Shown here: piece after piece, positions 1 through 9,271 of the stretch
Layout: each line of letters starts with the position of its first letter
How positions within the stretch are numbered: the stretch's first letter is position 1
Origin: an uncultured Candidatus Saccharibacteria bacterium
Lineage (GTDB): Bacteria > Patescibacteriota > Minisyncoccia > Phycocordibacterales > DATDWN01
Assembly: GCA_964597675.1 (NCBI GenBank)
Contig: CAZQYV010000003.1
Location: forward strand, 12,338 to 76,337
DNA: 64,000 nucleotides
Direction of reading: 5' to 3'
Notes under the pieces: model-generated
What the model was told of the DNA's origin: nothing
Database searches by the model: none
What the model saw: only the letters and a program-made list of their open reading frames with translations
Position numbers and translations under genes: made by a program

Positions 1-82
1 TCGGGATGCCTCCTTGTTTTCTAAACTCCTGCGAAAGGCGCCAGTCAAAACACACTCTCGCAGAAGTTTTCCTGTATCATTC

Positions 83-1381
83 CTACTTTTTGTAAACCCT
101 CCCACCCAAATAGACAGCGCGTTTGCCGAGTTCGCCTTCAATGCGTATCAGTTGATTATATTTTGCAACTCGTTCGCTACGACAAAGCGATCCTGTTTTT
201 ATTTGACCTGTACCAAGACCGACAACAAAATCAGAAATAGTAGTGTCTTCTGTCTCACCTGATCGATGGGATACAACTGCGGTCATACCTACTTTGTGGG
301 CCATGATAATCGCATCAATCGTTTCGGAAACCGTACCAATCTGATTGAGTTTAATCAAAATTGAATTACCCGCTTTCTGCGCAATACCCATTTTCAATCG
401 ATCAATATTTGTCACAAACAAATCATCACCAACAATCTGGATTTTCTTGCTGAGCTTCACTGTCATCGATTTCCAACCCTCCCAATCATCTTCTGACAAC
501 CCGTCTTCAATTGATACAATTGGAAATTTCTTTACCCAATCTGTATACATTTCTATCATTTCAGCACTAGTCAAAACCTTACCCTCAATTTCAAGGTGAT
601 AGGCACCGTCTTTATACAATTCACTTGCTGCTGCATCAATTGCGATAGCAATGTCCTTGCCCGGCTTGTATCCTGCAGTAGTTATTGCCTCCATAATAAT
701 TTCGAGCGCTTTTATATTTGACCCAAGTGCAGGCGCGTACCCACCCTCATCGCCAACGGATGTATTGAATCCTTTTTGTTTAAGTATTTTTTTTAGGGTG
801 TGAAATACATCAGCGCCGTATCGCACCGCATCAGCAAATGTTTTTGCGCCTACAGGGACGATCATAAACTCTTGTAGGTCTGTCGAGCCCTCTGCATGCT
901 TGCCACCATTCAAGATATTCATCATTGGTGTTGGCAAGTATGTTGTCTTTGACTTACTGATTGTCTTGAAATATCCGTACAACGTTTTCTGCTGAGACTC
1001 GGCCATCGCTTTTGCAAATGCAATAGAGACACCAAGTATTGCGTTGGCACCGAGGGAGGCTTTATTGGTCGTACCATCGAGCACTATCATTGCTGTATCA
1101 AGAGATGCTTGTGTCCACTCGTGACCTTTTAGTTTTTTTGCAATCGGACCATTGACATTTGCTACAGCTTTTAGCACCCCTTTACCGCCGTATCTTTTTT
1201 TATCACCATCACGCAATTCGACTGCCTCGTGACTACCAGTTGATGCGCCACTTGGTACACCAGCACGCCCCATAGAGCCATCTGCTAAATAGACATCCAC
1301 CTCGATTGTTGGATTACCTCGTGAATCAAGAATCTCCCGTCCACTGATTTTTGTAATCTTGCGTGATTTCTGTATTGCCAT
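83..1381 (-). CDS. eno: Enolase (phosphopyruvate hydratase)
   Basis: 432 aa full-length; N-terminus ..[14 protein letters not shown].. and overall enolase signature; TAG stop at 83-85. Confidence 0.95.
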   Translation of the reverse strand: MAIQKSRKITKISGREILDSRGNPTIEVDVYLADGSMGRAGVPSGASTGSHEAVELRDGDKKRYGGKGVLKAVANVNGPIAKKLKGHEWTQASLDTAMIVLDGTTNKASLGANAILGVSIAFAKAMAESQQKTLYGYFKTISKSKTTYLPTPMMNILNGGKHAEGSTDLQEFMIVPVGAKTFADAVRYGADVFHTLKKILKQKGFNTSVGDEGGYAPALGSNIKALEIIMEAITTAGYKPGKDIAIAIDAAASELYKDGAYHLEIEGKVLTSAEMIEMYTDWVKKFPIVSIEDGLSEDDWEGWKSMTVKLSKKIQIVGDDLFVTNIDRLKMGIAQKAGNSILIKLNQIGTVSETIDAIIMAHKVGMTAVVSHRSGETEDTTISDFVVGLGTGQIKTGSLCRSERVAKYNQLIRIEGELGKRAVYLGGRVYKK

Positions 1382-1481
1382 GAAAAATATGTTATATGAA
1401 ATAAATAGTCCATAAGTATGCGCAACATACGCACCTATGGTAACGAAAGAATTGTATCACTTTTTTTGATGGATGCAAAAA

Positions 1482-2060
1482 CTATGCAAGAGGTGCGGGT
1501 GGCGTCTCCCGCTTCAAGGGGCGGTCGCCTATTTCATTGTGCTGGCTAAATATAATACGTCGAACTTCGTCTGGGTTTCTAACCATAGTCATACAAAAAT
1601 CACCACTGTACTCGGCAGCAGTTTGGACTTTGACCGTCCCGAAGTTGAGGAGTGTTTGTAAAAAGCCGTGGACATCTATTGTCACATCTTGTATTTTATC
1701 AAATCGGAGATTACTAATTTCACGATTAAAAATTCGTTTTTGATCAACATCAATAATTCTTTTTTCTGTCACATACCAGACATCGAGATAATATTTCGTC
1801 CAATCGATAAAAAAAGTAATCCATAAGAAAAGCAACCAGAGACAATAAAAGAATAAAAACAATGCACGAGGGTTGCCTGTGATAACAATGCTTGGCAAAA
1901 ATTGTGGAACAAAATGATTACAAAGATACCATACAACAAATGGCATAAGTGCTGCAGACAATAGACTTAAGGCATGTCCAAAAAATACAATCCAGTGCTT
2001 GCGAACCTCGAGGATTACGTGTTCGTCTGGGTCAAGATGTAATGATTCAAATGATGCCAT
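1482..2060 (-). CDS. Membrane protein with bacterial PH (bPH_2, YdbS/YdbT-like) domain
   Basis: 192 aa; two N-terminal TM helices followed by a YdbS-like PH-domain pattern (..RIFNREISNLRFDKIQDVTIDVHGFLQTLLNFGTVKV..). Confidence 0.6.
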   Translation of the reverse strand: MASFESLHLDPDEHVILEVRKHWIVFFGHALSLLSAALMPFVVWYLCNHFVPQFLPSIVITGNPRALFLFFYCLWLLFLWITFFIDWTKYYLDVWYVTEKRIIDVDQKRIFNREISNLRFDKIQDVTIDVHGFLQTLLNFGTVKVQTAAEYSGDFCMTMVRNPDEVRRIIFSQHNEIGDRPLKRETPPAPLA

Positions 2061-2061
2061 G

Positions 2062-2346
2062 TTATGAAAAATATGTTAGCGAAACACCTGCAATTACAAA
2101 CAAAATAAGTGATACGGACAAGAAAAGCATTTCACCAATAATAATGCCGTCATGGCGCATGCCATATCTGGACCAGTGATACATCAATATACCACTCATA
2201 ACACTATATAGTGTGAAAAATAGAAAAAGGATTATCCCCAGCACACCAGTGTTGAATAAAAATGAAAAACGCATCAGAGGAAAATCGGGCATAACGAGGT
2301 CTGGTGGTGTAAAGTCCATACTAGTATTATATCGTTCGAACACCAC
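2062..2346 (-). CDS. Small 2-TM membrane protein, hypothetical
   Basis: 94 aa hydrophobic ORF immediately upstream of and co-directional with the PH-domain protein (1 nt gap). Confidence 0.45.
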   Translation of the reverse strand: MVFERYNTSMDFTPPDLVMPDFPLMRFSFLFNTGVLGIILFLFFTLYSVMSGILMYHWSRYGMRHDGIIIGEMLFLSVSLILFVIAGVSLTYFS

Positions 2347-2436
2347 CGGAGCAATGTGTATATCAAATACATTTGACTAAAAGCCAATTTTTGTGCTTTA
2401 ATGGGATATTGAATTCGCCAGATATGGCATTTTTTT

Positions 2437-4203
2437 ATGGAACACACTGAAATACGCAATATCGCCATAATCGCCCACGTGGACCATGGCAAGACAACTC
2501 TGACTGATGCATTACTTCGCCAAAACGGTATGGTGGAGGAAGGTGTCAGTATGGACTCCAACGCACTCGAACAAGAGCGTGGTATTACTATATATGCCAA
2601 AAACACATCTCTTTTTTACAAAGGTACAAAAATCAATATCGTTGACACACCAGGACACTCGGATTTCGGATCTGAAGTTGAACGAGTATTGCGATCAATC
2701 GACACTGTTCTTTTGGTAGTTGACGCACAGGAGGGCCCAATGCCACAAACACGTTTTGTGCTAAAAAAGTCTCTAGAACTTGGTTTAAAACCAATTGTTA
2801 TTATAAACAAAATAGACAAGCCAGCTGCTAGACCTGAAGCGGTACACGAAATGACATTGGAGCTTTTTATGGACCTTGGTGCAAACGATGAACAACTCAA
2901 TTTCACCACACTCTACGCAATTGGCCGTGATGGTATTGCAAAGAAAAATCTGTCTGACGAATCAATGAACCTGAATCCAATTCTCGATGTTATTCTCGAT
3001 GAGGTGCCACCTACGAGTAACGATACAGAAGGTCCCGGGCAACTCCAAGTATTCAACCTCGCTTACGATAATTTTCTTGGACGTATGGCCATCTGTCGTG
3101 TCTATCGCGGATCAATCAGAGCAACTGATACGGTGTATGTAGCTGAACCAAGTGGTAAAAGATTTACAGGAAAACTGACAAAAATATTTACATTTGAAGG
3201 AATGGCAAAGAAAGATGAGGTGGAAGCGACTGCCGGTGACATTGTGATGGTTGCAGGTATTCCCGATATTTACATCGGTGACACAATCGCCACGGTGCCC
3301 GATCTAGAACCACTACCTTCGATTACAATTGACGAGCCGACTATTTCTCTAGAATTTTTAGTGAACAACTCCCCTTTTGCAGGACGTGATGGAAAATTTG
3401 TGACATCACGACAGATTCGCGAGCGCCTTGAAAAAGAACTTGAAGTCAACGTTGGTTTGAAAGTTGATTTTGGAAAAGGTGATGACATGATTGTCTTTGG
3501 TCGTGGTGAACTCCATATCGCAATCCTCCTTGAAAATATGCGACGCGAAGGATTTGAACTACAAGTCTCACAACCACACGTTATTATGAAAGAAGTTGAT
3601 GGTGAAAAACAAGAACCATTTGAAGAAGTGGTGATCGATGTACCAGATGAATACGCAAGTAGTGTTATCGCCCGCCTGACAGAAAAGCGAGCCCTGCTTA
3701 TGAATGTAAAACAGGATTCTGGGCATCAGCGATTGATCCTCGAAGGTCCGACACGAGGACTCTTGGGCTATCGTGGACAGTTTATTGTGGACACAAAAGG
3801 CCTTGGTATTTTCTCATCACGTTTTATCGGATTTCGTCCATATGTTGGTGAAATTCGCAAGAGCCACCTTGGTGCTATGGTTTCGATGGAACAAGGCAAG
3901 GCGCTGGCTTTTGCTCTGGATAACCTCCAGCAACGCGGAACCCTATATATCGAACCCGGTGTTGAAGTCTACAAAGGTATGGTCATTGGAAATGCATCCA
4001 AAGGTGAGGACTTGTGGGTCAACCCAACCAAAGGCAAACAACTAACCAACATGCGCGCATCTGGATCTGACGATAGTGTCTATCTTGCCGCATCGATTAA
4101 ACTTGATATTGAAAAGGCCATGGAAATAATGGCAGAAGATGAATATATTGAAATTACTCCAAACAATGTTCGCCTCCGAAAGAAAGATTTGAAAAAATTA
4201 TAA
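2437..4203 (+). CDS. typA: Translational GTPase TypA/BipA
   Basis: 588 aa; G1 AHVDHGKTTL, DTPGH, NKIDK motifs; EF-G-like domain order typical of BipA; TAA stop. Confidence 0.9.
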   Translation: MEHTEIRNIAIIAHVDHGKTTLTDALLRQNGMVEEGVSMDSNALEQERGITIYAKNTSLFYKGTKINIVDTPGHSDFGSEVERVLRSIDTVLLVVDAQEGPMPQTRFVLKKSLELGLKPIVIINKIDKPAARPEAVHEMTLELFMDLGANDEQLNFTTLYAIGRDGIAKKNLSDESMNLNPILDVILDEVPPTSNDTEGPGQLQVFNLAYDNFLGRMAICRVYRGSIRATDTVYVAEPSGKRFTGKLTKIFTFEGMAKKDEVEATAGDIVMVAGIPDIYIGDTIATVPDLEPLPSITIDEPTISLEFLVNNSPFAGRDGKFVTSRQIRERLEKELEVNVGLKVDFGKGDDMIVFGRGELHIAILLENMRREGFELQVSQPHVIMKEVDGEKQEPFEEVVIDVPDEYASSVIARLTEKRALLMNVKQDSGHQRLILEGPTRGLLGYRGQFIVDTKGLGIFSSRFIGFRPYVGEIRKSHLGAMVSMEQGKALAFALDNLQQRGTLYIEPGVEVYKGMVIGNASKGEDLWVNPTKGKQLTNMRASGSDDSVYLAASIKLDIEKAMEIMAEDEYIEITPNNVRLRKKDLKKL

Positions 4204-4208
4204 GAAGA

Positions 4209-4233
4209 GCCCCGACGCTTGTCGGGGCTTTTT
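4209..4233 (+). terminator. Rho-independent terminator after typA
   Basis: GCCCCGAC-gctt-GTCGGGGC followed by TTTTT. Confidence 0.8.
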
Positions 4234-4235
4234 GA

Positions 4236-4628
4236 TCATGCGACTCGTTGGCGCTGATCCTTGCACCAGATAATTGCTGGCTTGAACTTGCGAGGAAACA
4301 ATTTCTTCCGACGACTTCTCTTTTTTATCTTTTCTTTTACGGGAAAGCAGAGTTTAACTAAAATTAATGCGCGTTCCCGCTCACTCAGGGTCAAGCCGAG
4401 ACCACCGACAACTCGCAACACCATATCATGATAACAACTCGGCAACGTACCTTCCTCAATTTTTTTAACAAAGGTCCGTCGGACATTGGAGAAAGAAGCA
4501 AGATTATTTATACTCAGACCCTGCCTCTCTCGTAAAGATTTAACCATTATGCCAAACTCAAGCTGATAATTCGTTTCATCTATGGTGGCCTCTGCGGTTT
4601 CCATGACTGGTCCGAATTTTATGTGCAT
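4236..4628 (-). CDS. XRE-family helix-turn-helix domain protein
   Basis: 130 aa; HTH_XRE pattern ..MVKSLRERQGLSINNLASFSNVRRTFVKKIEEG..; basic C-terminal tail. Confidence 0.6.
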   Translation of the reverse strand: MHIKFGPVMETAEATIDETNYQLEFGIMVKSLRERQGLSINNLASFSNVRRTFVKKIEEGTLPSCYHDMVLRVVGGLGLTLSERERALILVKLCFPVKEKIKKRSRRKKLFPRKFKPAIIWCKDQRQRVA

Positions 4629-4679
4629 GAAAAGTCCTTTCTATTTCCATTGAACCACCATACACCAAAAACTGCAAGT

Positions 4680-5444
4680 TTATTTTTCCACTTTGTATGT
4701 CCCAATCGCAGAGCGTATGATCTGGTATGTTGTCGCTTGTGTACCAAATGCACAACCTAGGTCTTGTACAAATTGTCTGATATAAAATCCACTCGAAACA
4801 GTGACTTCGATTGTATCGAGAACATAATCCTGTGTTGAACCACTAAAATAGTCATTCCAAAAATCAATGATTTCTTTTTGACGAAAATCACCATGTACAG
4901 AACTGATACCTTCCAAGATATATTCTGAAATATTTATGGTAGACAAGTATCGTCGCTCAACATGATTTGCAGAAAGTATTTCCACAGGGTGGCTTGGAAT
5001 GTCTATTTCATCTAGTCTCCCCTCTCTTGCCCATTGAAATAGTGGCTTTCCCATAACCGGTTTTGATGAATATGGTGGATATACTTGATCAAATACTCCT
5101 ATATTTTTTTTAATATGCGCACCTACGTCTGAAACAGATGGTACCTCAGTTTTTGAAATACTCGATATCTTACCTAAAATATCATATGTATCAGTCGAGA
5201 CGCCCCACAACACGGTGAAGACATATGTCTTTGGTAAATCAAGAAATTCGTCTTTTCGTTTTACCATATCACCCACCAGAATAATAAGTGCCCCTTCTGC
5301 CATAGGGTCTAGACGTCCCGCATAGGTCATCTGTGTACTATCTGCGATACGGTTTTCTTGTCGCACACGATTTAGACACTCCAGAGGTGTTTCCCCTCGA
5401 TTTTTATATACACTATATACGCCTGTTTCTTGTCTATTCATCAT
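4680..5444 (-). CDS. truB: tRNA pseudouridine(55) synthase TruB
   Basis: 254 aa; catalytic-Asp motif YAGRLDPMAEGALIILVG; TruB fold pattern. Confidence 0.85.
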   Translation of the reverse strand: MMNRQETGVYSVYKNRGETPLECLNRVRQENRIADSTQMTYAGRLDPMAEGALIILVGDMVKRKDEFLDLPKTYVFTVLWGVSTDTYDILGKISSISKTEVPSVSDVGAHIKKNIGVFDQVYPPYSSKPVMGKPLFQWAREGRLDEIDIPSHPVEILSANHVERRYLSTINISEYILEGISSVHGDFRQKEIIDFWNDYFSGSTQDYVLDTIEVTVSSGFYIRQFVQDLGCAFGTQATTYQIIRSAIGTYKVEK

Positions 5445-5483
5445 TTTTTCGATATACTCCTCATAATAACCAATCTATCATTT

Positions 5484-6776
5484 ATGAGCCAAAAAACAAA
5501 AATTAGCACAGAAAGTTACAAAGGTGTCCGTGATTTTTACCCAGAGGAAATGTTTGTCCAAAATTACATTTTCGAGACATGGAAAAATGTCGTCGAAAGT
5601 TTCGGGTACGTGGAATACAATGCATCTATTCTCGAGCCAGCAGAATTGTATCGTGCAAAATCTGGCGAAGAAATAGTGAACGAACAGACCTACACATTTA
5701 CTGACCGCGGGGACCGTGAGGTCACACTCCGTCCAGAAATGACACCGACTGTTGCTCGTATGGTTGCTGCCAAATCACAGGATCTATCATTTCCCCTCCG
5801 ATGGTATTCTATTCCAAATTTGTTTCGATACGAAAAACCACAGCGCGGACGCCTACGTGAGCACTGGCAGTTAAATGTAGACATGTTTGGTGCCGAAAAT
5901 AGTGATGCAGATACAGAAATCATACAAGTTGCACATGCAATCATGAAAAAATTTGGTGCACAGGATTCTGACTTTGTTATCCGCATCAACAGTCGAAAGT
6001 TGATGAATGATATATACAAACATTTCGGACTGACAGAAGATGAATCATACAAACTTTCAAAAATAATTGATAAAAAGGAAAAAATATCTGAAGATGCATT
6101 TTTAGCTGCAGTAACCGAGTGCGTTGGCACAAAAGCAAGTGAAATAATCCGCACAGTGGAGTCTGGTGAACGTGTCTTTGAAACACTTGAAAGCGACAAT
6201 TCAAATGGCGCCTATCTCATTTCGCTTATTGAAGCACTTGCCTCTGTTGGCATTAAAAATGTGATGTATGAACCAACTCTGATGCGTGGTTTTGATTACT
6301 ACACCGGTATTGTCTTTGAAGTGTTTGACACACACCCTGATAACAACCGTTCTGTCTTTGGTGGTGGCCGATATGATGACCTGCTTGATATCTTTGACAG
6401 TCGAAAAATTCCTGCTGTCGGTTTTGGTGCAGGTGATGTCACGGCTCGTGATTTTCTCGAGACACACAAACTCCTTCCCACATACCGAGCGACAACAGAT
6501 CTATATATTGCAGTCCTCGACCCATCTTATATGAGCAATGCACGTGCACTTGCACATGCACTACAAACAGAAGGCGTACGTGTGGCAATAGATGTCAGTG
6601 GTAAAAAAGTTGGTGACCAAATTAAAATTGCTAACCGCCAGAAAATCCCCTATGTTATTGCAATCGGCGAAAACGAAATCAAAAGCGACATGTATGTACT
6701 CAAACGTATGGAAAGTGGTGAAGAAATGAAAAAAGACATTGCCGGTATTGTAGATGAAATCAAAAAAGCAAAATGA
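5484..6776 (+). CDS. hisS: Histidyl-tRNA synthetase
   Basis: class II HisRS motifs (KGVRDFYPEE, ..REVTLRPEMTPTVARM.., GGGRYDDL); start moved to internal Met MSQKT at 5484 because the upstream frame is an unconserved hydrophobic extension; TGA stop overlaps the next ATG. Confidence 0.9.
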   Translation: MSQKTKISTESYKGVRDFYPEEMFVQNYIFETWKNVVESFGYVEYNASILEPAELYRAKSGEEIVNEQTYTFTDRGDREVTLRPEMTPTVARMVAAKSQDLSFPLRWYSIPNLFRYEKPQRGRLREHWQLNVDMFGAENSDADTEIIQVAHAIMKKFGAQDSDFVIRINSRKLMNDIYKHFGLTEDESYKLSKIIDKKEKISEDAFLAAVTECVGTKASEIIRTVESGERVFETLESDNSNGAYLISLIEALASVGIKNVMYEPTLMRGFDYYTGIVFEVFDTHPDNNRSVFGGGRYDDLLDIFDSRKIPAVGFGAGDVTARDFLETHKLLPTYRATTDLYIAVLDPSYMSNARALAHALQTEGVRVAIDVSGKKVGDQIKIANRQKIPYVIAIGENEIKSDMYVLKRMESGEEMKKDIAGIVDEIKKAK

Positions 6777-7354
6777 AAAAAATTGTATTTGATATTGAAA
6801 CAAAAAATATTTTCCAGGATGTTGGATCAAATGATCCAGTGGACCTCGATATTTCTATCGTCTGTTTGTATGATTACGAAACCAATACGTATGATAGTTT
6901 TCTACAAGAGGATTTTCCTCGCCTCTGGGATATTTTAGACAAGACAGATATGATGGTCACGTACAACGGAGATCATTTTGATATTCCCCTCCTCAATAAA
7001 TACTATAAAAAAGCAGGTCGCGGGGACCTCACAAAAATACGATCGCTCGATGTCTTGAAGGAAATCAAAAACACTTATGGACGCCGGATGAAACTAGACC
7101 AGATTGCAGAAGGAACCTTTGGTATGCACAAAAGTGGTAATGGCCTCGAGGCAGTCGTCTGGTGGCGAAATGGTGAGATAGAAAAAATACGAAAATACTG
7201 CATTGATGATGTAAAAATCACCAAAGATGTGTATGAGTACGCACTGAAAAATAAAAAACTTATATTCAAAGAAGGTCCGTTTACAAAAGAAATAAAACTG
7301 GATACGAAACACTGGGAGCCAGCAGATGAAGTCAAAACGCAGAGTTTATTTTAA
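6773..7354 (+). CDS. RNase H-like 3'-5' exonuclease (DEDD/PolB-exo type), stand-alone
   Basis: 193 aa; Exo I FDIET, Exo II YNGDHFDIPLL, Exo III YCIDDV; start overlaps hisS stop (ATGA), so translationally coupled. Confidence 0.7.
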   Translation: MKKIVFDIETKNIFQDVGSNDPVDLDISIVCLYDYETNTYDSFLQEDFPRLWDILDKTDMMVTYNGDHFDIPLLNKYYKKAGRGDLTKIRSLDVLKEIKNTYGRRMKLDQIAEGTFGMHKSGNGLEAVVWWRNGEIEKIRKYCIDDVKITKDVYEYALKNKKLIFKEGPFTKEIKLDTKHWEPADEVKTQSLF

Positions 7355-7573
7355 ATATAAAAAATTTCTTTCTCGTTACAAGTTTTTTTGCGCAATCTGT
7401 CTGGGCAAGCTTGCCCAGCGAACTTCTCGTCGTTCAAGAAAATAATAATCGGATTACCTCATTTATTTTCTAAACTTCTGCGAAAGGCTCAAAAAAACCT
7501 ATAACTTTGACGAAATTTTAGTCATCAATAAAATATTCATATTGAGAGGATGGGAAATACGGATAAGAGAAAG

Positions 7574-7606
7574 GGCGGTCCTGTGAAGGATACCGCCCGA
7601 TTTTGC
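7574..7606. terminator. Bidirectional hairpin terminator (likely 3' end of the minus-strand structured RNA)
   Basis: GGGCGGT-12 nt loop-ACCGCCC; T-rich on plus (GATTTTG) and on minus (CTTTCTCTT). Confidence 0.55.
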
Positions 7607-7674
7607 CAGCACATACCTCCTGCTGACCTGGAGGACCTAGACGAAGCCCTAGGATTTCGGAAACATCGGAATAC

Positions 7675-8190
7675 GGAAATGTTGGTGGGGGCGAAGCCGG
7701 ATAATATATCCGACCCCGCACCCCCCCAACTCGACACCAGCACCTCCCGCCGGTAATGGGTTTCTCGGGCAAAACCCCTGCCCGAGCATTATGGGGTCCA
7801 CGGGCTCTTGCCCATGGAGCTCGCGCGGTTTGCTCGCTAGGGGGGTTGGAACCCCTCAAGCGACGACATCCCGCTAAAAACGAGCCTTATAATACACTTA
7901 TAGAACGGCGCAGCCTTTGCCGGATTGGATACCGGCCTTTGAGGCGCGATATTTGCGACCGCCTAGTCCCTCCATGCTATCAGATTACAGACCTGCCTCA
8001 CCATTTTACTATAAAAAACAATAAAATATTGAAGCGAGGAATCGAGTCGGAAACCTCTCTCGATTTTTTCTGCTCTCCTAGTCCCGGATTCGGCTGGACA
8101 CCTAGACGCTTCTTTCTCTGTAGCGTCACAGACCCCCTAATGTTACCTGCCCTCACTCGAGGCGCCAAGTATGCAAAATGATGTTTATAA
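7675..8190 (-). ncRNA. rnpB: GC-rich structured RNA with RNase P RNA (rnpB)-like conserved motifs; boundaries uncertain
   Basis: About 58% GC island between convergent genes, with no credible ORF. Minus strand carries four RNase P-like motifs. GAGGGCAGGUAACAUUAGGGGG...CUACAGAGAAAG resembles the P8/P9-P10-P11 region (AGGGCAGG..GGUAACGCCUGGGGG..ACAGAGAGCAAACC). AAAGGCCGG resembles the 5' strand of helix P4, the conserved region I (GAAAGUCCGG). GCGAGCAAACCGC and GGGCAAGAGCCC resemble GGUAAGAGCGC. AUCCGGCUUCG resembles the 3' strand of P4, conserved region V (ACCCGGCUUA), and can pair with AGGCCGG. Confidence 0.45.
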
Positions 8191-8353
8191 TCCGGGGTAG
8201 GGTTGTATCATCCCCAGTAACATCACTCTGATATAAGCATAGCACAACCACAGATATTGTCAACTAATTTGGTAGCAAAAATCAATTTAATTTAAATAGA
8301 TGCTGATTTGTGGCTTAAAATAAGGATATTTTTGAGCCTTGCGAAAAATGAGA

Positions 8354-9163
8354 TTATACAAAAATAAGCAGAATAATTGCCACTACTACCCGATACCAGA
8401 TAAAGAGGCCGAGACGGTGATTTTTGAGATACGTAATCAAAAAATGAATAGCCAAAAGCCCAACAACGAAAGCGACAAGAGAGCCGACAAGAAGTGGTGA
8501 GAAAAAAGATGTAGAAAAAAGTTCATGACGAACCTCCAATAGTTTTTTCATGCCTGCACCAAGCAAAATAGGAATTGAGAGGAGAAAACTAAATCTGGTG
8601 GCCTCTTCCTGTGACAATCCTGACAGAAGTCCGCCAGAAATTGTAGCTCCTGAACGTGATATACCAGGCACAAGAGCAAGACATTGGAAAAAACCAATTA
8701 CTATTCCCCTTTCAGTCGTCAAAACTTTAGCCTTTTCACTATCAAGTGTGGCCTTTGACACTCTTTGTGCATACCACATAAGCAGACTGCCGAGTATAAG
8801 TGTTATTGCAACAAGATTTACATTACGGAAAATCGTATCCATACTATTTTCTAAAAGTAATCCGAAAATTATTGCAGGGATCGTACCAAGAGCGATAGCC
8901 AAAACCATAACTTTATCTTTTTGTTCAACAAATTTTCCTTGAATTAAATTCCAAACCGACCCTATGATTCCGACAATATCCTTCCAAAAATAAATGATTA
9001 TGGCCAAGGTGGTGGCAAACTGCAAAACCGCATCAAAAGCCAGCCCTCCCTCGGCAATACCAAGAAAGTGGCGTGTAATGATAAGATGTCCAGAGGAAGA
9101 GACTGGTATAAATTCAGTCGCTCCCTCTATAAAACCAAGAATGATTGCCCCAATATAGGTCAT
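8354..9163 (-). CDS. uppP: Undecaprenyl-diphosphatase (UppP/BacA)
   Basis: 269 aa polytopic membrane protein; conserved SRSG motif (GISRSGATI) and N-terminal ..EFIPVSSSGHL.. Confidence 0.85.
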   Translation of the reverse strand: MTYIGAIILGFIEGATEFIPVSSSGHLIITRHFLGIAEGGLAFDAVLQFATTLAIIIYFWKDIVGIIGSVWNLIQGKFVEQKDKVMVLAIALGTIPAIIFGLLLENSMDTIFRNVNLVAITLILGSLLMWYAQRVSKATLDSEKAKVLTTERGIVIGFFQCLALVPGISRSGATISGGLLSGLSQEEATRFSFLLSIPILLGAGMKKLLEVRHELFSTSFFSPLLVGSLVAFVVGLLAIHFLITYLKNHRLGLFIWYRVVVAIILLIFV

Positions 9164-9271
9164 AAGGTATAATGATACAATTAAAAGTTAAAAAAACAAA
9201 ATTGAAAATTGGATTGCAGAATTAGAATTACTAAATTTTGCATTTTGATTTTTACATTTTAAATTTAAAAC

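Noticed and set aside
7610-7660. SRP (4.5S) RNA because of CCAGGTCAG on the minus strand
   Set aside because: The motif order is reversed relative to domain IV (GUGCUG...CCAGGUCAGGUCCGGAAGGAAGCAGC). There is no GGAA tetraloop or AGCAGC symmetric loop.
7518-8181. ORFs 7518-7859(-), 7537-7743(-), 7550-7756(+), 7756-8181(+) as protein genes
   Set aside because: They lie in a 58% GC structured-RNA island and encode Arg/Pro/Gly-rich low-complexity peptides. They have no start context, overlap each other on both strands, and are typical of GC-rich RNA genes in AT-rich genomes.
7540-8230. tmRNA (ssrA) as the identity of the GC-rich island
   Set aside because: No GGGG... acceptor start with matching T-arm plus CCA end on either strand. 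No short tag reading frame ending in ..AA-stop. The GGGGGGTTGGAACCCC palindrome is not a T-arm (wrong loop).
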